The notes under the pieces are model-generated. The model was given only the letters and a program-made list of their open reading frames with translations. It did not search any database and was not told the origin of the DNA. Positions 1 to 12,334 of a stretch of 64,000 nt of DNA are shown piece by piece. This DNA comes from Octopus sinensis. Taxonomy: Eukaryota. The number at the start of each line of letters is the position of its first letter. Position 1 is the stretch's first letter. The DNA is taken from the NCBI RefSeq assembly GCF_006345805.1, contig NC_043000.1, positions 55,986,001-56,050,000 of the forward strand, written 5' to 3'. The translations under genes were made by a program, and so were the position numbers.

Positions 1-70
<70 letters not shown>
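1..70. repeat. (GATA)n microsatellite
   Basis: Perfect GATA run from the window start. Confidence 0.98.
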
Positions 71-483
71 CAGACATTGGAACACAATATGCACAAACTA
101 CACATAAATAATCACTGTGAAATATTCCATGTCACACTCAGTAAATGTTTGTAGTGACAAACTTTTATATACACATGCACATGTGTGTGTGTGTGTGTCG
201 TGATTATAGATTTTCAAATTAACTACTTTGATCTGATGTAAAATGCTAAGAAGTAACCTTTTGGCTAAGCAGAGAGTGTATTTTTTTCATTTTCTCCGGT
301 TTACTATGAAAGCGAAATTACAGACTGTATCGCGAAATTAGTACTCACAATTTACAATTTCTGTAAGCGCGAGATCCTATAACCTGAGGTGGCCGCAACG
401 CGGGCAGTGACTTTATGGTATATTATATATATAATATATATATTATATATATATATATAATATATAATTATATATATATTATA

Positions 484-780
484 TAGAAGGAGCTTCTACA
501 GGACTAGAACTGTTTCATTCAAGAGAAATCTTCAGAAGCTAGTTAACAAGAATTGTATTGGCATTTATACATTTAGGCAGGTTTAAGGGGTGTTGGTGGG
601 GGACTTTTGGGGGTAGGCATAGCGCAAAATATCATACTTGGGGGAGTGGTCAAGGAGTCAGTGTTAAATTAGATAGAAGAATAAATAAAAAAATAAAAAA
701 AAATATATAAAAAAATATATAAAAATATATAAAAAAGGGAATAGAGTTTTAGGTAAATAAGGAGATTCTCACTTATACCT
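484..780 (-). mobile_element. Penelope-like pseudo-LTR fragment, family A (upstream part plus HHR)
   Basis: 484-555 is the reverse complement of 1698-1771, contains the HHR motif and ends in a (TA)n tract. Confidence 0.55.
491..540 (-). ncRNA. Type I hammerhead ribozyme motif, family A (1-nt deletion in stem I)
   Basis: Minus strand reads AGCTT-CTGAAGA-TTTCTCTTGAAT-GAAA-CAG-ttctagtc-CTG-TA-GAAGCT. Confidence 0.7.
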
Positions 781-992
781 ATGCACATATGTATACATAT
801 ATACACACACATACAAACATATATACATATACATACACACATACGTACACACATACTCACATACACGCATACACACACATATCCACACACACATATGCAC
901 ACACAGCACACTAGTCCCTATATACACATATATACACATACACCACACATATAACACACATACACTTACATACATATATATATATTATATAT

Positions 993-1039
<47 letters not shown>

Positions 1040-1511
1040 TATACATATGTGTACCTATGCATACCTACACATACACACATATATATACACATACAAATAC
1101 AGACCCATTCCCTAATTTTAATTTTTTATATCTTCATTTATTACTTTTGTTATCTTTGATCGCTGGTCACAAACATCTTGGCTATGACAGCCAGTCCATT
1201 TATCTGTCTACTGGAAAACAAGCACTCATTTACTCACGCACACTCTTTAGCACGTACACTCACTCATTCGCACACTCATACACATACACGCACGCACGCG
1301 TTATATTCATACATACATACATCTACATACATTCACGTATATACACATACGTACGCGTACCTACAGATTCATGTCTACACTCTTAGAAGGCTAGTCTATA
1401 CATATACACCATAAATATAAATACACACACATACATATACACCTATATACAAATACATACATGTAGATATATATATATACATATATATACATATTCACAT
1501 AATATACATAC

Positions 1512-1542
<31 letters not shown>

Positions 1543-1697
1543 CATATACATACATATACACATATACATATATATATATACATAGACACACATACACATA
1601 CATACATATACACACATACACATACATACGTATACATACATACATACATCCATACATCCATACATACATACATTTATACACATACACACATACACAC

Positions 1698-1846
1698 AAT
1701 TCTTGTTAACTAGCTTCCTGAAGATTTCTCTTGAATGAAACAGTTCTAGTCCTGTAGAAGCTCCTTCTATATAATAATTAATTTTACTCTACTATGTATT
1801 GAGTACCTTATTTATGTGGTTAACCCGAATCAACCCGGGACCTACA

Positions 1847-1850
<4 letters not shown>
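1698..1850 (+). mobile_element. Penelope-like pseudo-LTR fragment, family A (HHR plus downstream part)
   Basis: About 150 bp repeated with indels at 4553-4700; ends in (TA)n. Confidence 0.55.
1712..1762 (+). ncRNA. Type I hammerhead ribozyme, family A (intact core)
   Basis: Stem I AGCTTC(1712-17)/GAAGCT(1757-62); core CTGAAGA; stem II TTC/GAA with a U-U first position; GAAA; stem III CAG/CTG; GUA triplet 1754-56. Confidence 0.85.
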
Positions 1851-1896
<46 letters not shown>

Positions 1897-2269
1897 TATA
1901 TATATGCGTGTGTGTCTGCTTGTGTGTGTGTACATATATGTATATTTATATGCATATATGCGTGTGCATATTAACTTCTACTTATGTGTATCCACGTATG
2001 CATTTATGTGTATGTGTATTTATGTGTATGTGTACTTATATGTATACATGTATGTATTTATTGATACCGTTGATGACACACGTACAATTTGTTTCGCTCC
2101 GATAAAGCTTTCCAAAACATTTTGATAAACTCCAACAGAGCGAATCAAATGGTACGTTTGTGAACAAAGATATCCATAAATTTAATTTACTCTACTACAA
2201 ACTAGTACAGAGTTCTTTTATCTAATTTGCTTGTTGCATAGTTTTAACAAACAAGCACATACTAATACA

Positions 2270-2304
<35 letters not shown>

Positions 2305-2390
2305 GCATATATATATGCAGGTATATACGTATATTTATATGTATATTAATATATAAGTACTCTCGCACATATATATAAATGCCCATATAC

Positions 2391-2453
<63 letters not shown>

Positions 2454-2562
2454 GCATATATATATAAATACTCTCATACATATTTATGTCTATGTATAAA
2501 TGTGTGTGTATGTATATATATGTGTGGAGGTGTGGGAATGTATATTTATATAATATATATAT

Positions 2563-2782
2563 ATACTTTATTGAAAAGCACCAGAAATACCACAAAACTG
2601 TTACTCAGAGTTTCAAGTTCCCGTACGTCGGACAGTTTTTGTTAGACGAACGGGAACGTGAAACTCTGAGTAACAGTCTTCGTGATATTTCTGCTTCCTT
2701 TTCAATAAAGCATATTGCTCTACCTCTGGTATTTGAGTATTCTTTTTTCTACCTTGTTTCAAAATTATGTGCTTACTCCGGT
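2563..2782. mobile_element. Palindromic (inverted) pseudo-LTR remnant, family B, with two mutated HHR motifs
   Basis: Arms 2563-2636 and 2645-2720 are reverse complements; the right arm continues past AATAAA; both ends lie in (TA)n. Confidence 0.65.
2597..2677. ncRNA. Pair of variant hammerhead motifs (reconstructed core CCGACGA), both damaged
   Basis: Minus: ACTGT-CCGACGT-ACGggaaCTT-GAAA-CTCtGAG-TA-ACAGT. Plus (5'-truncated): GACGA-ACGggaaCGT-GAAA-CTCtGAG-TA-ACAGT. Confidence 0.6.
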
Positions 2783-2801
2783 ATATGTATATATATATAT
2801 A

Positions 2802-2873
<72 letters not shown>

Positions 2874-2909
2874 TAATATATATATATAAAATATATAATA
2901 TAAAAAAGA

Positions 2910-4093
2910 CTAGCAGTATAGCCCGGTTTTGCTCGTGATTAAGTTAGGATTATTAAGCTAATCAAGCTCTTTATTTCGAAGCAAACTAAGTAACGTCGAC
3001 GTCAAATTTGAGTGAAATCCGTTGAAATTGGTAAACTTTTGCTGAAATTTTGCAGAAAATTTGATTGGGAAATCCCATAAGAAATCGGTTTATCGATTTT
3101 TTTCCACTCATCGATTGTTTTTTTTTTCTTTTCGTTTTTGAAGAACTTAAAGCATTCAAAGATCCCATGAGTCCTAAGTAATGACGGTATCAAGTTTGAA
3201 CAAAATACATCAAAATTGGTAGACGTTATTGTTGAAAATGGGGTGTAGCCAATTTTAGTGGGAAGTCCTATAAGGAATCGGTTTATCGATTTTTTTTTTA
3301 TCCTGATTAAATGGAAAACCCCATATGGAATCACTTTATTGATTTTTCACCCCAAATAGGACTTAACCGAACATTGCTGATTCAAAAACATCTATATTTA
3401 TACTTTAGAATTGGCTTTCATACCCAACCCAGTTCTGCAGAATCAGTGTCGCGACGGGAGCGCATGGGTTGGGAGTTTGATCGGCAGAGGTGATCAAGTT
3501 GCATATGCCAACCCTTTTGAAAACACCACCCCCATCATGTAACCCCACTTTGCCCATGGGTTGGGAACCCTTCCAACAAGGAAAATAGAACGCCCAAAAG
3601 GGTCCCCGATTCTCTGTGCGAGAGGCGGTTATGTCCAGATCACAACTAAGTATATATATATATATATGGGCAACACACACACACAGAGAAACATATACGT
3701 ACATACACCTATTGCATACATGTTTTTGCACGCCTTTGCCCCTGCCCCTGTCCTACCACCACCTCCTACCCGAGTAATACCATCAATTAAAGCAAATTTG
3801 ACACCCGGACGTAAGTTTTGTAACAGGAATAGAGAAACCTACCTTCACCCGCAGAGATGTGAGAGTCAGATCTCTCCATTCGATAACATGAAAAGTTTCG
3901 AAACATTGTTTACAAAATAATAGCTAATCGTTTGCGAAGGAGCGTGTCTACAGTCAACACGTAGGCCTTTTGCTCTGGTAACCTCACCTATCCCCTATGT
4001 TCACGCACGACCAGCTATATATCGCTGAGTAGAGCAACGGATTCAGCTAATTTGGAAATTAGTTGTGGAGAAACGGAGAATATCGTTTATATA

Positions 4094-4097
<4 letters not shown>
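2910..4097 (-). mobile_element. Probable non-autonomous Helitron
   Basis: Minus-strand 3' end CGAGCAAAACCGGGCTATACTG-CTAG-t (subterminal GC motif plus CTAG), similar to the terminus at 30628. Minus 5' end ACTATATAAACG lies in TA repeat. Internal ~35-bp motif repeated near 3070, 3265 and 3315. Confidence 0.45.
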
Positions 4098-4124
<27 letters not shown>

Positions 4125-4452
4125 CGGTCAACACTCACATTGCATGCATGTGATTTGTACGCATACATGCTCATGTGTGTGTGACTGAAGCCATTTACAC
4201 ATGCATACATAACAACACTTGTCTGTCTGTTTTTGTCTGTCAATCACTCACTAAAAAGAAATTTTAAAAATCTGTTATCTCTCTCTCTCTCTCTCTCTCT
4301 CCGTCTCCCTCCCTCACTTTACACCGTCGCTAGAAGGGGACTTGACTCACGTTTTTTAAACAATAATGGCGTCACTACAGTGGATTTCTCCGCCGTGAAC
4401 ATTGAAGTTATGGCTCAAAATTATTTACCACCGCTATTCGCGGGTGCCTCTT

Positions 4453-4552
4453 NNNNNNNNNNNNNNNNNNNNNNNNNNNNNNNNNNNNNNNNNNNNNNNN
4501 NNNNNNNNNNNNNNNNNNNNNNNNNNNNNNNNNNNNNNNNNNNNNNNNNNNN
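4453..4552. other. Assembly gap (100 N)
   Basis: Run of exactly 100 N. Confidence 0.99.
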
Positions 4553-4553
4553 T

Positions 4554-4604
4554 AGCTTCCTGAAGATTTCTCTTGAATGAAACAGTACAGTCCTGTAAGA
4601 AGCT
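4554..4604 (+). ncRNA. Type I hammerhead motif, family A (noisy copy next to gap)
   Basis: AGCTTC-CTGAAGA-TTTCTCTTGAAT-GAAA-CAG..CTG-TA-a-GAAGCT. Confidence 0.6.
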
Positions 4605-4986
4605 CCTTCTATATAATAAATTAATTGTACTCTCTACTATGTATTGAGTACCTACTTACTGTGGTTAACCCGGATCAACCCGGGACATACATATATATTA
4701 TTATATATATAATCAACAATTGAGGTAAAATTAATTAATAATCAATTCACAAGTGTGTTCAGTATGTAAAAGGACCATTTAAGCGAATTCAAAATATTAC
4801 ATTATAAATTAGGCTTAGTAAAATAAATTACTTTGCCACATACTGAACTTCGTAGAAATAGCAGCCAAAAAAATTTTGTTAGCATTTTACTACTTAAAGG
4901 AAATTTCTCCCAGATAATGTTTACTCTAGGACAGCTCACGAAGGTTTGGGGGTAAATACAGAAAAATATCACAAGTACATAGATCG

Positions 4987-5045
4987 TTGAGTACGTCACG
5001 TTTCAAGATAGCAAAATAAAATCAGCATTTCTTTCGTCAGCTCAA
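4987..5045 (-). ncRNA. Type I hammerhead ribozyme, family C copy 1
   Basis: Minus: TTGAG-CTGACGA-AAGA..TCTT-GAAA-CGT-g-ACG-TA-CTCAA. Confidence 0.8.
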
Positions 5046-5431
5046 ATTTCTTATTTGGATTGGAAACACTAAAAAGAAGGAACTTACCTATCGCGACTTG
5101 TCGCTTCAGATGAACCACTCCAACTAACAGTGTCCACAAATTCAAAATGCGCAGGCGTAAATTCTGCATCCCCATTCACCCACGTGGTCTATCTAGCAAA
5201 ACATTATATTTAACCGCGAGAACCCGAGGCAGTATGACCGAGAGGATATGAATTATAATATCAACAATTGAGGGTAAGATAACACCTGGGTGGAATGGGG
5301 AGTGCAGAATTTTACGCCTGCGCATTTTGAATTTGTTGACACTGTTAGTTGGAGGAGTGGTTCACCTGAAGCGACAAGTCGCTGATAGGTTAAGTTCCTC
5401 TTTTTAGTGATTCCAAATCCAAATAAGAAAT

Positions 5432-5491
5432 TTTGAGCTGACGAAAGAATGCTGATTTATTGGCTAATCTTGAAACGTTGACGTACTCAAA
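5432..5491 (+). ncRNA. Type I hammerhead ribozyme, family C copy 2
   Basis: TTTGAG-CTGACGA-AAGA..TCTT-GAAA-CGT-tg-ACG-TA-CTCAAA; predicted cut after 5485. Confidence 0.82.
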
Positions 5492-5982
5492 CGATCTATG
5501 TACTTGTGATATTTTTCTGTATTACCCCCCAAACCTTCGTGAGCTGTCTAGAGTAAACCATTATCTGAGAAAATTTCTTAAGTAGTAGGAAATGCTAAGA
5601 AAATTTTTTGGCTGCTATTCTACTAAGTTCAGTATGTGGACAAAGTAATTATTTTACTAAGCCCAATTATATAATGTTTAATATTTTGAATTCGCCTTAA
5701 ATGGTCCTTTACTACTGAAAACTGGGGAAATGATTAATTAATTAAAATTTTACCATCAATTGTTGATATTATAATTCATATCTCTCGTCATACTGCCTCG
5801 GTTCTCGCGGTTAAAATATAAGTTGCTAGATAGACCACGTGGGTGGAATGGGGAGTGCAGAATTTTACGCCTGCGCATTTTGAATTTGTTGACACTGTTA
5901 GTTGGAGTAGTTCATCTGAAGCGACAAGTCGCTGATAGGTAAAGTTCCTTCTTTTTAGTGATTCCCAATCCAATTAAGAAAT

Positions 5983-6045
5983 TTTGAGCTGACGAAAGAA
6001 ATGCTGATTTTATTTGGCTAATCTTGAAACGTTGACGTACTCAAA
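5983..6045 (+). ncRNA. Type I hammerhead ribozyme, family C copy 3
   Basis: Same layout as copy 2; predicted cut after 6039. Confidence 0.82.
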
Positions 6046-6224
6046 CGATCTATGTACTTGTGATATTTTTCTGTATTTACCCACCAAACCTTCGTGAGCT
6101 GTCTAGAGTAAACATATCTGAGAGAAATTTTCTTTAAGTAGTAGAAATGCTAAGAAAATTTTTTTTGGCTGCTATTTCTACTAAGTCAGTATGTGGCAAA
6201 GTAATTATTTTACTAAGCCCTAAT

Positions 6225-6256
<32 letters not shown>

Positions 6257-6277
6257 CTAATATATATATATATATAT

Positions 6278-6564
6278 ACTTACTTTTTTTACTTTTTACT
6301 GTTTCAGTCATGTGACTGTCGCCATGCTGGAGCACCGCCTTTAGTCGAGCAAATCGACCCCAAGACTTATTATTTGTAAGCCTAGTACTTATTCTATCGG
6401 TACCTTTTGCCGAACCTCTAAGTTACGGGGACGTAAACACACCAGCATCGGTTGTCAAGCGATGTTTGGAGGACAAACGCAGACACACAAACACATACAC
6501 ATACATACATATACATATATATACATATATACGACAAATTCACTCACAAGGCATTGGTCGGCCC
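6278..6564 (-). mobile_element. tRNA-derived SINE family S1, 5'-truncated
   Basis: Matches the 3' half of copies at 8785, 14488, 25800 and 48482. Confidence 0.9.
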
Positions 6565-6802
6565 TATATTATATATATATATACACAAAATATATATATT
6601 ATATATATATAGTATATATATATATCTATATATATATTATATATATATAGTATATATATATAATATATATTATATATATATATATATTATATATTTATAT
6701 ATATATATATATTTATATATATATAGATATTTATATTATGCATTAAATAATTATAGTTTGGATATACGATATATTCATGTATGTATGTATGAATGTATGT
6801 AC

Positions 6803-6803
<1 letters not shown>

Positions 6804-6897
<94 letters not shown>

Positions 6898-6915
6898 CCG
6901 ATAGATAGATAGACC

Positions 6916-6947
<32 letters not shown>

Positions 6948-6950
6948 AAC
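6804..6950. repeat. (GATA)n/(GACA)n microsatellite
   Basis: Direct reading. Confidence 0.97.
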
Positions 6951-7169
6951 TGTTACACATAAACATATATATATATACATAAATACTATACATAAATATA
7001 TATATATATATGTATAGATGCATACATTTATAATAAGCGTACAGATATATACATACACATACTCATATGTGTTTACACATATTTTTACACGCACGTGTGT
7101 GTGTGTATGTGTATGTGCGTGTGTAAATTTATTTATACATACGCCTTTACAGGGGAGAGAAGGAGAGCG

Positions 7170-7258
<89 letters not shown>

Positions 7259-8074
7259 CTCTTATACGGTACTACAGCACTGATGTGCTGAATTGATTTA
7301 TTCAGCCTGCTTACAACACAGTTCGAAGACAAATTACTCCAACTCCACCAAAATATATAGTATTTTGTATATGATTACTTGGCAAGTAAACATCGTGTGC
7401 AATGAATAAATATTAGTCATTTGAATAAGAAATATAAGATTCTTAACTGAAAATGTTTCAAACTAATATTTATCAAAAATAATCACTCCCACCGTCAAAA
7501 TCAATAAACCCGTGCCAGCAATGTCATTTTAAGATTAATTTAAGCTTGACAAATCCCCAGAAAAATATTTTCAACTATTTAACCTGTGAGTTTACACTCG
7601 CTGTTAAAATCTTTTAATAACTAATATTGAGTATTCTTATTCTGAAAAATCAAAACCTCGAATGACTTTAATATGATGTCAGTCCGCTATTGAATTTTCA
7701 GTTGCCCAAATTTAAAACGTTGCCAAATTGCCAGATGAACGTAATATGTGGGCAATTCATATGCTGTTAACAATTACATAATATATATATCAATGACCAT
7801 GATATATCAAATCTCAAATATCTTCGTTCACCAGGCTGGTTATCGTAACCACAATGTAATACAGTTCACTGCTATAAGAAGTGGAATCATCGTTGTTGCT
7901 ACTGTTACTGTTGTTGCCGTTTCTGCTGCTGCTTTTGTTCCTTGTAATGTTGTTCTTATCATTGTTAAGCCCTAGGTCTTCTCTAACCGAGCAAAAGCGT
8001 TGGAGCCATGATAAACTTATTTTCAGTTATAAAACCCTTGAATCGGCATTACCTAATGTCTTCTTTTTTGCTTA

Positions 8075-8322
8075 ATGTTTCTTCTCGTGCCATGCCAGGT
8101 TCATAAGGGCCGGTTTCCCGATTTCAGTAGCGTAGAAATTCCCCAGCTGGACAGGACGCCAATCCATCACAGCGTTACTCATTTTTGCCAACGGAGTGGA
8201 CTGAAGCAACGTGAAATAAAGAGTTTTGCTCAAGAACACAACGTATCGCCCGGTCCAGGAATAGAAACCACAACCTTACGATCATGAGTTCAACACCCTA
8301 ACCACTAAGCCACGCGCCTCCA
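8075..8322 (-). mobile_element. tRNA-derived SINE family S3
   Basis: Minus 5' GGAGGCGCGTGGCTTAGTGG (A box), GGTTTCTATTCC (B box-like); homologous to 24928-25170. Confidence 0.85.
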
Positions 8323-8784
8323 CTTCTTCCTTTTCGCTTAAGACGATAAGGTAAGATGCGAGAGAGATAATATAGCTGTCATTTCTAACTAGTAAAGCGA
8401 CATTATATAAAGGTTTTCTTGCTGGCTTGTGAAATTATTGTGAAATCGGTGCGTTATTTGCTCACAAATGCAGAGATGAGCTTCTCGCAAAAGTACACCT
8501 TTGGTAAGTATTGATTCTGCTTGTTTCACTAGCTCGATAAACAAGGAATCGTAACTCAATTCAACCGGTGACCCACAAATATATCAGTTTATATGAATTA
8601 CTATCTTCGACGTTCATATACCAGAGAGCTTGAGTAAACGAAGAGCGCAATGAAAATAAACCACGGTGTAGTAGAACTAGTATTAGTGGTGGGGGGTAGT
8701 GGTGGTGCTGGTGGTAGTATTGGTGGTTCTTGTTGCCATCGTCGTATTAATAAAATAATAACAGTTCTTATTATTATTCTCTCT

Positions 8785-9190
8785 CTTTTCTCTTTTCTCT
8801 TTTACTTGTTTCAGTCATTTGACTGCGGCCATGCTGGAGCACCACCTTTAATCGAGCAAGTCGACCCCGGGACTTATTCTTTTGTAACCCCAGTACTTAT
8901 TCTATCGGTCTCTTTTGCCGAACCGCTAAGTTACGGTGACATAAACACACCAGCATCGGTTGCCAAGCTATGCTAGGGGGACAAACACAGACACACAAAC
9001 ACACACACGCATATATACATACATATATGGGACGGGCTTCTTTCAGTTTCCGTCTACCAAATCCACTTACAAGGCTTTGGTCGGCCTGAGGCTATAGTAG
9101 AAGACACTTGCCCAAGGTGCCATGCAGTGGGACTGAACCCGGAACCATGTGGTTGGTAAACAAGCTACTTACCATACAGCCACTCCGGCG
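8785..9190 (-). mobile_element. tRNA-derived SINE family S1, near full length
   Basis: A box TGGTAAGTAG region, B box GGTTCAGTCCC, internal CA/TA tract, (AAAGAGT)-like tail. Confidence 0.92.
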
Positions 9191-9217
9191 ATAAGGAAAA
9201 TATCGATAATAATAATA

Positions 9218-9416
9218 ACCCTATCTACTATAGGCGCGCAGTCTGATATTCAGGGAAAGCGGACTAGTCAATTACATTGACTCCAGTGCTCGACAAGTAC
9301 TTCCTTTATCGATCCAGAAAAAGTGAAAGGCAGAATTTGAACTCAGAACGTAATGACGGACGAAATGCTGTTAAGCATTTTGTTCGGCGTGCCAATGATT
9401 CTTCCAGCTAGCCACT
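9218..9416 (-). mobile_element. SINE family S2, old copy
   Basis: Degenerate match to GGCGGCGAGCTGGCAGAA...GAGTTCAAATTC...TTTCATCCTTTCGGGGTCGATAAA. Confidence 0.75.
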
Positions 9417-9425
9417 TTGATGATG

Positions 9426-9426
<1 letters not shown>

Positions 9427-9477
<51 letters not shown>

Positions 9478-9479
9478 TG

Positions 9480-9536
<57 letters not shown>

Positions 9537-9540
9537 GTAA
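9427..9540. repeat. (AAT)n microsatellite
   Basis: Direct reading. Confidence 0.97.
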
Positions 9541-9699
9541 AAATAATGATTATTATTATTATTGATGTTGTTGTTGTTGTTGGTGTTACAACAACGACGA
9601 CAACGGTGATGATGATAACGACAATAACAATGAACCTAGCTCCCGTAAAAACCGAAACTGATCCAATAACATGACCAAAATTAGCCTAAAAAGTGAAGA

Positions 9700-11130
9700 A
9701 AATGTTACTGTAAAGATGGATACTTATTTTATGTCTTATATGTTATTATTATTATGCAAGGAAAAAAAACTATGTCCATTAATAAATCAAACTGGAACTA
9801 AAATACAGATGGCAGAGCCAAGATGTCTGGGGAATTTCTTAGCATGTGTTAAATACGATACAAAAATAATGTCATGCTTAATTCAGACTCAATATCCTTC
9901 TCGAAAGTTAACAAACGAAGTTACGTGCCATAATGCTAACGTCCAACATATAAACTAAATTGAAAGAAAGGAACGTTGGAGCAATGAACAATACACTAGG
10001 GAGAGGTATTGCTATTATACATTAATGCTGCATCTAACACACACGAGAACTATAAAACAGACCTATAACTTGAGGAGAAAGAAAGTATAAATCCTAATGC
10101 ACTAACGAACATACGGAGATTCGAAATAAACAGTATTAAGTTTCCAAAAATTTACATAGAAAAATTCATGGACATTAAAACTGACTTCAGATAGTTGCTA
10201 AGACAGACAAGAAGCGAAGCATCAGAGCAAAACTAGGACAGAGAAAAAAAAAACGACAAAAATCAAAATGATAATGAAGCTCATAAAAGTTGCAATAGAC
10301 ACATTCAAGCTAATTCACGAACACAGCAAATATATACACTTGATTCCTCATTTAATAACATACATAATAACACACATTACAGCAGATCAACAAGCATTAA
10401 TATTGAGCTAGACCTACCAGAAGCAATAAAGGAGAGAGAAAAGTAGAAAGAAAATCGATGAAAATGGATTAACATAAATCTCTTTCCAAGTTACAGACGT
10501 TCAAAGAACTTAACGAAAGAAATAAATGTAGCAGGGTTCTGCACAATATTCTGTCTACTGTTACAAAATACCAAAATATCCACAGATTAAATGATCTCAT
10601 CTGTTCAAGTAGTCGTCATATTCAGGGAAAGGCTTAATCGTAAATGTCAAATACTTTTCACCCAAACTAAGCAAAAAGAAAAGAGTATAATCTAAAAAGA
10701 TTTACCTGTACTTAACAAAACAGAAAGAACAAAAGTAACCAAATACTTTTTTAAAATATAATATTAATAAAAAAAATATGAGACACTGGAAGCAAAGCAA
10801 AGGTCAAATTAAACTATATCAGAAAAAAATATGAAGGTTCAAATGTTTCAAAGATGGGAATATTCCAGGGGAACACGGCGTTTGAATTAAACGTAAAAAA
10901 ATGCTTTAACGGGACATTAAAAGATACACTAATATCATTGGAAAATCAGTCATACTAGGACTGGCTTTGGAACAGAAACATTCAGCACAACCAAACAGGA
11001 GAATGAATCAGAATCAGAAAGGAAAAGAATGGACCTGAAGAGAGAAAAGGGTAAAATGTGCATACCAACAACAGCTGACAAAGAACAGACGAACACTTAA
11101 TAGCTAAAAGCGGCGAGAAAGACCCTAAGA
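9700..11130 (+). pseudogene. Decayed R4/Dong-like non-LTR retrotransposon ORF (region upstream of RT)
   Basis: A-rich strand; frameshifted peptides LNDLICSS..RERLNRK, KYNINKK..ETLKQ..QIKLYQKK, FELNVKK, WNRNIQHNQTGE*I resemble the pre-RT linker of RLE-type LINEs. Confidence 0.5.
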
Positions 11131-11948
11131 TTGACAAAGTCCCTAATTTCTTTATAAATTATCTAACTTGTACTCATTTATTTATAGTGCCAGCGTTCAA
11201 TTAAATAGTAAATAGACTAGGATCAACACTTGAATAGCCGCTAAAGGGATAAATAAGTACTGAGGTTGATTAGTTCGACTAATATTCCTCAAGGTGATGC
11301 TCCAGCCTGACCTTGGTCTAATGACTGAAATAAGTACAGATATGCACATGAGTACACACACACACAGACACACACACAACCATAATATATGGCATATGTC
11401 GTTTAAGGTTGACCATGCATTTGTACATGTATATGAGGGTATGGTTAATACTTTTAGAAGGTAAACTGGCAATCGTCTATGCAAGCGAATCTTTCTCCTT
11501 GATACCGATATTTATCTATCGGATAAACATCGGATACTGATGTTTATCCGAGAGTTATTGTTGCCAATCGCTATCAGCCGACTTGGCCGATAGAGATTGG
11601 CAACAGTGCCGTCGCAGGCATTGCTATCAGAACGCAAGAATAGATACAAACAAATATAGCCAGAATACATACAGTAAAATATCTCGTCTGACCTTCTAAC
11701 AGCCCCCGCCACGCGATCCCGCCTTGGATTAGAAATTTATTATCGAACACCAAAAGATGAAAGGCAAAAATTGACCTCGACGGAATAAATACTGCACAAC
11801 ATAGTTTTCAAGCCTCTAACGTTTCTAAAAAGACGTTGCCTTCATACATACTTCCATACAACATGCATAAATACAAATATAAATATATTCAAATGGACAT
11901 ACTAGGTGTGTGTGTGTGTGTGTGCATATATATATATGTGTGTGTGTG

Positions 11949-12222
11949 GAGGCGCAATGGCCCAGTGGTTAGAGCAGCGGAATCGCATGTATGTTTATTG
12001 AGCGAAAACACCTAAAGCTCCACAAGGCTCCGGCAGGGGGTGGGGGGTGGCGACCCTGTCGTACTCTTTCGCCCCAACTTTCTCTCACACTTTCTTCTTG
12101 TTTCTTGGATAACAGTGCGATGACTGGCGTCCCGTCCAGCTGGGGGAGCACATACCCCACAGAAACCGGGAAACCGGGAAACCGGGCCCATGAGCCTAGC
12201 TAGGCTTGAAAAGGGCGCATAA
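11949..12222 (+). mobile_element. Chimeric tRNA-derived SINE (S4 head, S3 tail)
   Basis: GGAGGCGCAATGGCCCAGTGGTTAGAGCAGCGG head and body match 29175-29302 (reverse complement); tail GAAACCGGGAAACCGGGCCCATGAGCC matches 25125-25165. Confidence 0.85.

Positions 12223-12334
<112 letters not shown>

Larger units (their letters stand above)
4713..6230. mobile_element. Inverted-plus-tandem array of a ~550-bp non-coding HHR-bearing monomer (retrozyme-like / Penelope pLTR array, family C)
   Basis: Monomer in minus sense at 4713-5283, then plus-sense copies at 5285-5834 and 5835-6230. TCAACAATTGAG recurs at about 4713 and 5261. Both ends are in (TA)n. Confidence 0.75.

Noticed and set aside
2597-2677. 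Long hairpin as pre-miRNA
   Set aside because: Better explained as inverted duplication of a pLTR/hammerhead segment; arms extend to ~80 bp.
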